NCBI GenBank assembly: GCA_963761305.1
Contig: CAVXGK010000002.1
Span: 2,336,001-2,400,000, forward strand
DNA from: an uncultured Gemmatimonadaceae bacterium
Lineage (GTDB): Bacteria; Gemmatimonadota; Gemmatimonadetes; Gemmatimonadales; Gemmatimonadaceae
Length of the DNA stretch: 64,000 bases
Reading direction: 5' to 3'
The position numbers and the translations under genes were made by a program. Shown piece after piece: positions 39,111 to 50,446 of the stretch (position 1 is its first letter; each line of letters opens with the position of its first letter). The notes beneath the pieces are model-generated. The model was given only the letters and a program-made list of their open reading frames with translations. It was not told the origin of the DNA and did no database searches.

Positions 39111-40391
39111 GTGCGCTTTCCGGTCCAGCTCGGATATCGCGCGCTGGCGCAGATCGCCCGCGGCGCGGCGCTCGTCACGCCGAACAGCAACTCGAAGGTG
39201 CTCCGCTCGCTGCGCGCGCGACGCGGTATTCGCGCGCGTTACCGGCGATGGGCTGACGCGCACCGCGACGCAAATCGTCCGCTGCTCTGGATGCACGCCC
39301 CGTCCGTCGGCGAAGGATTGCAGGCGCGTCCGATCCTCGAGCTGGCGCGCTCGCGCCGTCCGGACGTTCAGATCGCCTACACGCACTTCTCGCCGAGCGC
39401 GGCGGCATTCGCCCGCTCGCTCGACGTGGACTTCGCCGACTATTTGCCGTTCGACACGCCCGGCGACGCCCGCGCCGCGCTCGACGCGCTCCGGCCCACG
39501 GCGCTCGTCTTTTCCAAGCTCGACGTCTGGCCGATGATCACGCGCGAGGCACGCGCGCGAGGCGTTCATCTGGGCCTCGTCAGCGCCACGCTCGCCCGCG
39601 GATCGTCCCGCCGTTCGCTCGGCGCAAGCGCGTTGCTGCACGACGCCTACGCGGCGCTCGACGTCGTCGGCGCGATCGACGAAGCCGACGCGGATCGACT
39701 CGTGCAGCTCGGCGTCCGCCCGCAGACGATCGTCGTCACCGGCGACACGCGCTACGACCAGGTCTGGAGTCGTGCGCAGCGCGTGGATCGGGAGGCGCCG
39801 ATGCTGGCGCGGCTCAGAGACGCGCGACCGACGCTCGTCGCCGGCTCGACGTGGCCACCCGACGAAGCGGTGCTGCTTCCCGCGTTCGAATCGCTGCGCC
39901 GCTCCGGAATCGACGTCCGTCTCGTCATCGCACCACACGAGCCGTCCGCACAGCACGTGGCGGAGCTGATCGCGTGGGCCGAGCGTGGCTCGCTACGCGG
40001 CGCTCGGCTCGACGACGCGACGAGCGACTCGGACGTCGTCGTGGTGGATCGCGTCGGAGTGCTCGGCGATCTCTACGCCGTCGCCGACGTCGCATTCGTG
40101 GGCGGCGGCTTTCACGCGGCCGGTTTGCACTCGGTGCTGGAGCCGGCGGCTTTCGGCGCGCCGGTGTTGTTCGGTCCGCGCTTTCAGAACAGCCGCGACG
40201 CGGCGCTTCTCGCGCAGCGCCACGGCGGCGCGGCGATCGGCGATACAGCTGAAGCGGAGCGGCGGTTGCGCTTCTGGCTCACGGATCCCGGCGGGCGCCG
40301 CGAGGCCGGTGACTTTGCGCGCGCCCTGGTCCGCAGTGGTGTCGGCGCCGCCGAACGATCCTTCGCGTTGGTCGATCGGCTCCTGCGGTAA
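39111..40391 (+). CDS. kdtA: 3-deoxy-D-manno-octulosonic acid transferase
   Basis: WMHAPSVGE, YLPFD, TGDTRYD, AGSTW, VGGGF, HSVLEPA; start GTG 39111 inferred. Confidence 0.9.
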   Translation: MRFPVQLGYRALAQIARGAALVTPNSNSKVLRSLRARRGIRARYRRWADAHRDANRPLLWMHAPSVGEGLQARPILELARSRRPDVQIAYTHFSPSAAAFARSLDVDFADYLPFDTPGDARAALDALRPTALVFSKLDVWPMITREARARGVHLGLVSATLARGSSRRSLGASALLHDAYAALDVVGAIDEADADRLVQLGVRPQTIVVTGDTRYDQVWSRAQRVDREAPMLARLRDARPTLVAGSTWPPDEAVLLPAFESLRRSGIDVRLVIAPHEPSAQHVAELIAWAERGSLRGARLDDATSDSDVVVVDRVGVLGDLYAVADVAFVGGGFHAAGLHSVLEPAAFGAPVLFGPRFQNSRDAALLAQRHGGAAIGDTAEAERRLRFWLTDPGGRREAGDFARALVRSGVGAAERSFALVDRLLR

Positions 40392-40524
40392 GGCCCTACC
40401 GCCGCGCGAGCCACCATCGCACAGCGGCTAAAGTTGAACGCAGATGCGTTGGTCGACCGGCTCCCTGCGGTAAGCTCCTAACCGCCGTGCGAGCCACGAT
40501 CGCGTAACGGCTAAAGTTGAACGC
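40365..40524. repeat. Imperfect tandem duplication (period 81 bp) of the kdtA 3' end and downstream DNA
   Basis: gcgttggtcgaYcggctc...cggctaaagttgaacgc at 40365-40441 and 40446-40524. Confidence 0.85.
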
Positions 40525-40560
40525 CCTACGGCGTGGCCCACGCGGCGGTAAGCGGCCCAA

Positions 40561-40809
40561 CTACAGCGCCGAGGCGCGCTCCGTCACGACACGCACGACG
40601 TTGTCGACGACCTGCAAAAACCCGCCGTCGACGTTGAACCGGCGACCGCTGTCGCCGCCGAGGCGCAGCACGCCTTTGCCGAGGAGCGCCATCATTGGGG
40701 CGTGGCCGGTGAGGATGCCGACCTCGCCGTCGAACGCCGGGGCGACGACGGAATCCGTCGTGCCCTCGTACAGCACGGCCTCCGGCGAGATCACTGAAAC
40801 GTTCAGCAT
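40561..40809 (-). CDS. atpC: ATP synthase F1 epsilon (short, N-terminal beta domain only)
   Basis: VISPE, GEVGILTGHAP, VDGGFLQV; 82 aa. Confidence 0.92.
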   Translation of the reverse strand: MLNVSVISPEAVLYEGTTDSVVAPAFDGEVGILTGHAPMMALLGKGVLRLGGDSGRRFNVDGGFLQVVDNVVRVVTERASAL

Positions 40810-40820
40810 CGTTCTCAGCT

Positions 40821-42290
<1,470 letters not shown>

Positions 42291-42328
42291 CTAGTCGTCA
42301 GCGTCAGCAACAGGAGGCAGGAACTGCC

Positions 42329-43192
42329 TCACCCTTGGAGGGCCGCGGCCCCGCCGACGATCTCGGCGATTTCCTGCGTGATGTTGGCTTGGCGTGCTCG
42401 GTTGTACGTGCGGCCCAGGATCTTGAGCATGTCGCTGGCGTTGTCCGTCGCATTTTTCATCGCCGTGCGTTGGGCGGCGTAGAACGCGGCGGTCATCTCG
42501 ACCAGCGCGCGATACACCGAGTTGCGCACGTAGAGCGGAAGCAGCTCGCCCAGAATCGCCTGCGCGTTCGGGGCGAGGATGTAATCGCGGCGCTTGGCAT
42601 CGGTCGCCGGCGGCGTCACCGGCAACACTTGAACGGTGGCCGGCGGCGAAGACAGGACTGACTTGAAATTGGGATAAACCACATAAACAGCGTCGATCTC
42701 GCCACGCGCGAACGCGTCGGTGAGATCGTTCACCAGCTCGGCGGCATTCTGGGCCGTCGGGCGATCGCCGAGGTCCGTGCGGCTGCTCGCGACCTTGCGG
42801 CCCACGTAGCGGAAGTAGCCGAGTCCCTTGCGGCCGACGGCGTGAATGTCGACCTCGACGCCGTCGCGCTCGAGACGCGCGATCGTCGCGCGCGCTTCCT
42901 TGATCAGGTTCGCGTTGAATGCTCCGGCCAGTCCGCGGTTTGCGGTCAGCACCATCACCGCCGCGCGCTTCACCTTTGTGGGCTGGCGCAGCAGTGGAAA
43001 CTGTTCGGCGAGATCCGGCGAGTAGAGGCTCGCGATCACGTCGCGCAACGCCTGCGCATACGGACGCGCTGCGGCGACGCGATCCTGCGTCCGCTTGAGC
43101 TTGGACGTCGCCACCATCTCGAGCGTCCGCGTGATCTTCCGCGTGTTCTCGACGGACTTGATGCGACCCTTGAGCTCGCGACCCTTAGCCAT
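42329..43192 (-). CDS. atpG: ATP synthase F1 gamma
   Basis: KITRTLEMVA, RGLAGAFN, AMKNATDNA, RQANITQEIAEIVGG. Confidence 0.97.
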   Translation of the reverse strand: MAKGRELKGRIKSVENTRKITRTLEMVATSKLKRTQDRVAAARPYAQALRDVIASLYSPDLAEQFPLLRQPTKVKRAAVMVLTANRGLAGAFNANLIKEARATIARLERDGVEVDIHAVGRKGLGYFRYVGRKVASSRTDLGDRPTAQNAAELVNDLTDAFARGEIDAVYVVYPNFKSVLSSPPATVQVLPVTPPATDAKRRDYILAPNAQAILGELLPLYVRNSVYRALVEMTAAFYAAQRTAMKNATDNASDMLKILGRTYNRARQANITQEIAEIVGGAAALQG

Positions 43193-43231
43193 GGACCCGT
43201 CCGGCCGAGTGTGTCGTGGCGAACGTCTTCA

Positions 43232-44836
<1,605 letters not shown>

Positions 44837-45035
44837 ACGGAGGGATGGTAATCGAGGGGCGTGGGTGGGTGGCCTGGGGGCTTGTGAAAAATATCACAAG
44901 CAGCCGATTCGAGCAAGCACGAGTTCTCGGCCGAGGCGGAACGCGGGTGCTAAATCGCTGTTCCCCCATGAATTACGGGCGGACCGGCGGATCGGGGCCA
45001 GACCGAGGCCGGCTTCGATCGGCGTCGGAGCAAAA

Positions 45036-45135
45036 TTCAACGCAGATGCCGCGGATCATGACTGCAATGCCGCAGATCAAACCCATTGGGTCATCCGTGG
45101 GAATTGTCGTTCTGATCTGCGGCATCTGCGTTGAA
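45036..45135. repeat. Third copy of the CGCAGATGCCGCAGAT palindromic element
   Basis: ttcaacgcagatgccgcggatca (45036-45058) pairs with tgatctgcggcatctgcgttgaa (45113-45135). Confidence 0.85.
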
Positions 45136-45395
45136 CTCTTCTTGCCCGGCAATCGTAGCCGACGGGGCGCAATGGAACGATCCCGGTCCCCGGGCAGATC
45201 GGTAGACCGCGACTAAGCCGACCATCCACGCACTCGTTTGCCTGCCCTCGCACTCAAACGATGACGCAATTACTCGGAGCGGCCCCAAACTACACGCTCA
45301 CTCGTCGCCCGCGCTGGCGCGCCGCCGTCAAAGCCGTCAAGCCGTCAAGCGCCCGCTGTTCACCCGTCCACCCGTCCACCTGTCCACCCACCCCT

Positions 45396-45806
45396 ATGGC
45401 CGGCACAGTTCGCGACCTCAAAGTCTGGCAAGAAGCCGTCGCGCTTGCCGCGGAAACCGTTCGCTCGGCCCGACAATCGGCCAAACGCGAAACCAAAGTG
45501 GTCACGGACCACATCATGTTGTCCGCGTTGTCCGCCGCGGGCGCCATCGCCGACGGCTACGGCCGCTACACAGCGCCCGAACAGCGACAACTCTATCGCA
45601 CCGCCAAACGCGAGCTGCTCAAGCTCGAGACGCAACTCGCCATCGCGCGCCAAGCGGACCTCGTCTCGGCTCACACACACGCGGATCTCTCGGCGCGCAT
45701 CCAAGGAGTGAACCGCCTGCTCGGCGGCTACCTCGTGTACCTCGAGCGCCAACTGGAGGCCGCCAACCAAGCGCGTGAGTCGCCGGCCCAGCACCCACAA
45801 CAGTAG
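45396..45806 (+). CDS. Four-helix-bundle protein (23S rRNA intervening-sequence protein / bAvd-like family)
   Basis: RDLKVWQEAVAL start, AIADGYGR (cf. NIAEG), YRTAKRELLKLETQLAIA; 136 aa, all helical. Confidence 0.82.
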   Translation: MAGTVRDLKVWQEAVALAAETVRSARQSAKRETKVVTDHIMLSALSAAGAIADGYGRYTAPEQRQLYRTAKRELLKLETQLAIARQADLVSAHTHADLSARIQGVNRLLGGYLVYLERQLEAANQARESPAQHPQQ

Positions 45807-45868
45807 ATGTCCGATTTGCCTGAACCCGACGACTCCGGCACTTGCCGCTCCTCAGCCTCGGCGCCGCT

Positions 45869-46687
45869 TTAACCCCGACTCCGCCCGTGTCCTTTCACGA
45901 ACCTGTCCACCAGATCCACCGTCCGCAGTCGCGTCAGCGATGCCGCGCGCGTTCCCACGACTCGCGAGGCCGTGCTCGCCAGGTGGGACGACGAGGCGAA
46001 CCCCAGTACGTTCGCCACATCTCGCAGATCATACCCGGGGTTCTTCGCCAGCTCTGCCGCCGCGATGATGCGCACGAGGTCGATGATGCGCTTCAAGTTC
46101 GGGGCGCCGCCGGCGGCGAAAGAACGGGAGAGATGCTCTCGCGTCACCTGCAGGACTTTGGCGAGCGACGACGTGCGCACCGGCCGCCCGGCGTGCGACA
46201 CGACGAAGCGCCACGCCGACGACTGAAGCGGCGAGTCGAGTGCGAGCGGCCGAGGGGGGCGCTCGAGCGCGCGCGCGAACCGCGACGAAAAGGCGAGTGG
46301 CTGCACCATTTCACGCGCGGCGGCTTCGTCCACGCCATCGACGAGCACGTCGGCAAATTCATACGCCGCGCACTGCGCGACCGCCGGACCGTCGGCAGTT
46401 CGCAGCGCCGCCAACCCGAAGAACGGAATGCTCGGATACTCGCGCGCGAGCGACGCTACGCGCCACGTGTCCTCGTGCGCGCTCCCGATGTCGACGACCG
46501 CGGCGTCGACGAGCTCGGACTTGAACACGGCTTGAAAGTCGGCGGCGGTGCGCGTGAGCAGGACGCGCGCGCGACGTCGTGGGAACGCCGCCTTCATCAA
46601 GTTCCGCGTTCGGTCGCGTTGCGCATACACGACGATCGCCGAAAGCGGCAGTCCGCTCTGCGTCGAGTGGTCCGCATGCATGTGCAT
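45869..46687 (-). CDS. AraC-family HTH transcriptional regulator
   Basis: LAKVLQVTREHLSRSF and VANVLGFASSSHL double HTH; N-terminal alpha/beta domain. Confidence 0.8.
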   Translation of the reverse strand: MHMHADHSTQSGLPLSAIVVYAQRDRTRNLMKAAFPRRRARVLLTRTAADFQAVFKSELVDAAVVDIGSAHEDTWRVASLAREYPSIPFFGLAALRTADGPAVAQCAAYEFADVLVDGVDEAAAREMVQPLAFSSRFARALERPPRPLALDSPLQSSAWRFVVSHAGRPVRTSSLAKVLQVTREHLSRSFAAGGAPNLKRIIDLVRIIAAAELAKNPGYDLRDVANVLGFASSSHLASTASRVVGTRAASLTRLRTVDLVDRFVKGHGRSRG

Positions 46688-46698
46688 CTGTCCGGGGC

Positions 46699-47527
46699 TC
46701 AGTTTCGCCGGTCGGTGCCGGCTCGGCGGTCGAACACCGCCTGAGCCTCTTCCCGGAAACGCTCGGTCGTGTCGCGGTCCGGCCCCTCGTCACTGTCGAG
46801 ATTCGGCCTGCCTTCGATGAACTGACGCACGATCGGATCAGCGGTGTTCCTGACCTCGGCCACCGTGCCGACCTGGCGAACTCGGCCTTCGTAGAGCATG
46901 GCGATGCGGCTGCCCACCGTGTAGGCGCTCCGCATGTCGTGCGTGATGACGATGCCTGTGACGCCGAGTTTCTCGCGCATGCGGATGATGAGCTGGTCGA
47001 TCACCGCGCTGGTGACCGGATCCAGTCCTGTCGTCGGCTCGTCATAGAGGAGGTACTTGGGCCGCAAAGCGATCGCGCGCGCGATACCCACGCGTTTGCG
47101 CATGCCGCCCGACAGCTCGGCTGGGTAGCGATCGACGACCGCCGGAAGATCCACCAGCTCGAGCGCTTCCATGACCCGTTGCTGGATCTCGTCCTCCGAA
47201 AGCTCCTGCTGTTTACGCAGGCCCATCGCCACGTTCTCGCCGACAGTGAACGAGTCAAAGAGCGCGGCGAACTGAAAGACGTAGCCGATGCGCGCCCGGA
47301 GCGCGTAGAGATCACGCCGGCTGAGGTGTGGCACATCGTGAGTCGTCGACGATGACCTCGCCCGAATCGGGCTCGAGCAGGCCGACGATGTGCTTGATGG
47401 CGACGGACTTTCCGGTGCCGGAATAGCCGATGATGACCATCGTTTCACCCTCGACGATGTCGAGCGTGAAGCCTTGCAGGACGTGCTTGGGTCCGAACGA
47501 TTTATAGACGTCGACGAGACGGATCAT
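46699..47527 (-). CDS. MlaF/Ttg2A-like ABC transporter ATP-binding protein; frameshift at about 47341
   Basis: GYSGTGKS in one frame; FQFAALFDS, LSGGMRKRV and YDEPTTGLDP in the next frame. Confidence 0.85.
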
Positions 47528-47606
47528 TTCGCGTGGGTCGCCATGCGCGGCGCAGAAATGTGATCCCGACGTCGTCGCGCGGCTAGTGCAGCGCCGCGGA
47601 AAACGG

Positions 47607-47640
47607 AAAGGACCGGCGCGAGGCCGGCCCTTTCTTTGTT
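47607..47640. terminator. Hairpin downstream of the sigma factor gene
   Basis: aaaggaccggc-gcgag-gccggcccttt, flanked by A and T runs. Confidence 0.55.
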
Positions 47641-47666
47641 ATTGTATTCGAATCGCTTACGCGAAA

Positions 47667-48554
47667 CTACGCCGCGAAGCTGCCGAGCGCGCGGCCGACG
47701 TCGCCTTCGCGCAGGCGCTTGAGCGCGCGGTCGCGCAACTGGCGAACGCGCTCGCGCGTGACGCCGAGCATCGAGCCGATCTCTTCGAGGGTGTGCTCGC
47801 GTCCGCCCTCGAGGCCGAAGTACAGCCGGAGGACCTTCGCGTCGCGCGGCGGCAGGGTGCCGAGCGCCTGCTCGATCTCGTCGGTGAGGAAGCGGTTCAT
47901 GGCTTCCTCCTCGGTGTCGGGCATCTCGTCGGCGACGAAGCGCTCGATGAGCGACCGGTCGCCTTCCGGATCCATGGGCGCGTCGAGGCGGACGTCGCTC
48001 GTGTTGAGCGCCGCCAGCGACTGGACGACGTCCACCGAGAGGCCGGTGAGCTGGGACAGCTCCTCGGGGCTCGGCTCGCGGTTCAGCTTCTGCCGGAGGA
48101 TCTCCGACGCCTTGATGATTCTCGAAAGGTCGGCGGTGCGGTTGAGCGGCACGCGAACCGTTCGCCCCTGGCGGGCCAGGGCCGAGAGGATCGCCTGACG
48201 GATCCACCACACGGCGTACGAGATGAACTTGACGCCCTGGTCGGGATCGAACTTACGGGCGGCCGTGAGCAGCCCGACGTTGCCTTCACCGATGAGATCG
48301 ATGAGGGGCAGTCCCCGGTTCTGGTACTTCTTGGCGACGGAGATGACGAAGCGCAGGTTGCGCTTGACCAGCTCCTGGAGCGCGTCCTGGTCGCCGGCGC
48401 GGATTTTCTTCGCGAGGTCGATCTCCTCGGTTCCCTTGAGCAGCGGATACGTCGACACCTCGTAGAGATACTGGTCGAGGATGTCGCGTTCGGGTTCGTT
48501 CGGAGCGATCCCAGCGGGGGCCGTGCGGCGGCGTCGACGCTTGAGTTCGGTCAT
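47667..48554 (-). CDS. Sigma-70 family RNA polymerase sigma factor (RpoD/RpoS-like, no region 1.1)
   Basis: NLRFVISVAKKY, DLIGEGNVGL, KFISYAVWWIRQ, TLEEIG..VTRERVRQ. Confidence 0.93.
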   Translation of the reverse strand: MTELKRRRRRTAPAGIAPNEPERDILDQYLYEVSTYPLLKGTEEIDLAKKIRAGDQDALQELVKRNLRFVISVAKKYQNRGLPLIDLIGEGNVGLLTAARKFDPDQGVKFISYAVWWIRQAILSALARQGRTVRVPLNRTADLSRIIKASEILRQKLNREPSPEELSQLTGLSVDVVQSLAALNTSDVRLDAPMDPEGDRSLIERFVADEMPDTEEEAMNRFLTDEIEQALGTLPPRDAKVLRLYFGLEGGREHTLEEIGSMLGVTRERVRQLRDRALKRLREGDVGRALGSFAA

Positions 48555-48828
48555 GATTGCGGATTGCCCTCGCGCCCTGGGGCGCGATTGGAGTCGTATC
48601 GGTCGTTGAAGGAGCGGCGGCCCAAACCTACGATACCGCGCTACGGTCTACTATGCTGCACTGCTCTGCTGTTCCGCTGTGCTGCGGTACACAGCACGCG
48701 CGCGGCGTCTGATCCTATCGACCAGACCGACCAGACCCACTGCATTGACACTACGCGCACCCTTCGAAGCGAGTTACGAAAGGCGCTGCAAAATACCGGC
48801 CTTTCAAATTTGCGCCAGTCCCAATTCG

Positions 48829-48858
48829 TTGACACTCGCGTATACCCACGGCTATACT
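48829..48858 (+). promoter_or_regulatory. Sigma-70 promoter of the tRNA cluster
   Basis: TTGACA (48829-48834), 18-nt spacer, TATACT (48853-48858). Confidence 0.75.
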
Positions 48859-48993
48859 TGGTGGTTCCTGTTGAAAGGCTGGTGGACAGGATGACAGGTG
48901 GACGGGTGGACAGCGAGCAAGTGATCGTTTGTGTCTACGCGTCGTCAGCAGTAGCCGTTCACCCGTCGAGCCGTCCACCCGTCCACCCAAGTC

Positions 48994-49066
<73 letters not shown>

Positions 49067-49176
49067 TGGCGAGGCGAATCGAGAAGGCTTTACGCCTCGC
49101 TTGGGATCGAGCTGATAAGTTGGGACGAGGTGTGGGACGAGTGGTTGGCGAACTGTAGTTGACGTGATTCGGCATT

Positions 49177-49249
49177 GCGGGAATAGCTCAGTTGGTAGAG
49201 CACAACCTTGCCAAGGTTGGGGTCGCGGGTTCGAGTCCCGTTTCCCGCT
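49177..49249 (+). tRNA. tRNA-Gly(GCC), CCA not encoded
   Basis: GCGGGAA/TTCCCGC acceptor stem, CAACC-TTGCCAA-GGTTG anticodon arm. Confidence 0.95.
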
Positions 49250-49311
49250 CTCCACGTCGGCGGGGACTCGAGTCGTCTGAGCAATGGTCGGCTTCGGTCT
49301 CCGCGGCTTTC

Positions 49312-49385
49312 GGGCGGTTAGCTCAGTTGGTTAGAGCGCCACGTTGACATCGTGGAGGTCACAAGTTCGAGTCTTGTACCGCCCA
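49312..49385 (+). tRNA. tRNA-Val(GAC), CCA not encoded
   Basis: GGGCGGT/ACCGCCC acceptor stem, CCACG-TTGACAT-CGTGG anticodon arm. Confidence 0.95.
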
Positions 49386-49386
49386 T

Positions 49387-49460
49387 GCGCCCATAGCTCA
49401 ATTGGATAGAGCATCTGACTACGGATCAGAAGGTTGGAGGTTCGAGTCCTTCTGGGCGCG
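49387..49460 (+). tRNA. tRNA-Arg(ACG), CCA not encoded
   Basis: GCGCCCA/TGGGCGC acceptor stem, TCTGA-CTACGGA-TCAGA anticodon arm. Confidence 0.95.
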
Positions 49461-49499
49461 CTTACGGCGGTTGGCTCGCCGGCAGTTTGGAAAAGTCGG

Positions 49500-49576
49500 C
49501 GGGGCGTAGCTTAGCCCGGTAGAGCGCCTGCTTCGGGAGCAGGAGGTCGCTGGTTCGAATCCAGTCGCCCCGACCA
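49500..49576 (+). tRNA. tRNA-Pro(CGG), CCA encoded
   Basis: CGGGGCG/CGCCCCG acceptor stem then A-CCA; CCTGC-TTCGGGA-GCAGG anticodon arm. Confidence 0.95.
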
Positions 49577-49633
49577 TTCCATAAAGAAGTACAGAGAGAC
49601 TGAAAGACAGAAGTCGCGGTTCGAACGGCGAGA

Positions 49634-49665
49634 GTGGCTCGGCTGAAAATCGCCGAGCCATTTTT
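49634..49665 (+). terminator. Rho-independent terminator of the tRNA operon
   Basis: tggctcggc-tgaaaatc-gccgagcca followed by TTTTT. Confidence 0.8.
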
Positions 49666-49837
49666 CGTAGCGCGGCCCCCCCGACGATCCTCGAGGCAAC
49701 CAACCCCGTATCTCCCGGCGGGCGCTTCAACCCGGCGGAACCGTAGCGCCAGACGCCGGTACGAATTGCTGACACACCGAACTCGATCACGTGCCGACAC
49801 AAAGCCCCCTCACCACCGACGAAAACCGAGCGTGACC

Positions 49838-50437
49838 ATGAGCATGGCCCGAATCGCGACGCTTGGCGTCGCCGCCTCACTGGCCGCGTGCGCCGGCGGA
49901 TCAGCCCCGTCTCAGCAAGGCGGCGTAACGACGTCAGCTCCAGCGCCCATCTCGAAAGAGGACCGGATCGATTTCACGCGGCAACTGCGGGAGCAGCTCT
50001 CGCTCACGCCGGCGGAAATCCGGTCGCTCCAATTCTACCTCTCCAAGCCCATCACGCTGCAGCGCGAGCTGTCGTCAGGAGAGCGTCAGGTGAGCCACGG
50101 AAAGCTGGTCACCAAGGACGGCAAGCAAATCGAGGAAGTCGACGTCGTCGACGGGACGCCCGGCGTTGCGGTGAACGTCAACGACGACGGCAACACGATC
50201 GACGTCAGCTTCGAGTCGGGCACCAAGCTGCGCTTCACCGGCTACTCGTTCACCCTGCTGGCCGACGCCTGGGGCGGAAAGGATGGCTCGGGCAAAATCA
50301 CCTTCGACGGCCGCGTGTACGACGCGATCGACCACAGCTACCTGGCGCACCTCGTCATCGATCGGCAGGCCGTCTCCAAGATCGAGACCCAACGCCGAGT
50401 GCTGAAGGGAGTCCGGGTCGACACGCTGACCCGATAA
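49838..50437 (+). CDS. Hypothetical lipoprotein
   Basis: MSMARIATLGVAASLAAC lipobox; native codon style. Confidence 0.75.
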   Translation: MSMARIATLGVAASLAACAGGSAPSQQGGVTTSAPAPISKEDRIDFTRQLREQLSLTPAEIRSLQFYLSKPITLQRELSSGERQVSHGKLVTKDGKQIEEVDVVDGTPGVAVNVNDDGNTIDVSFESGTKLRFTGYSFTLLADAWGGKDGSGKITFDGRVYDAIDHSYLAHLVIDRQAVSKIETQRRVLKGVRVDTLTR

Positions 50438-50446
50438 CCGCCCCGC

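Noticed and set aside
49500..50437. Genomic island integrated at tRNA-Pro
   Set aside because: No integrase, no repeated tRNA 3' end seen in the window, and a normal terminator follows the tRNA.
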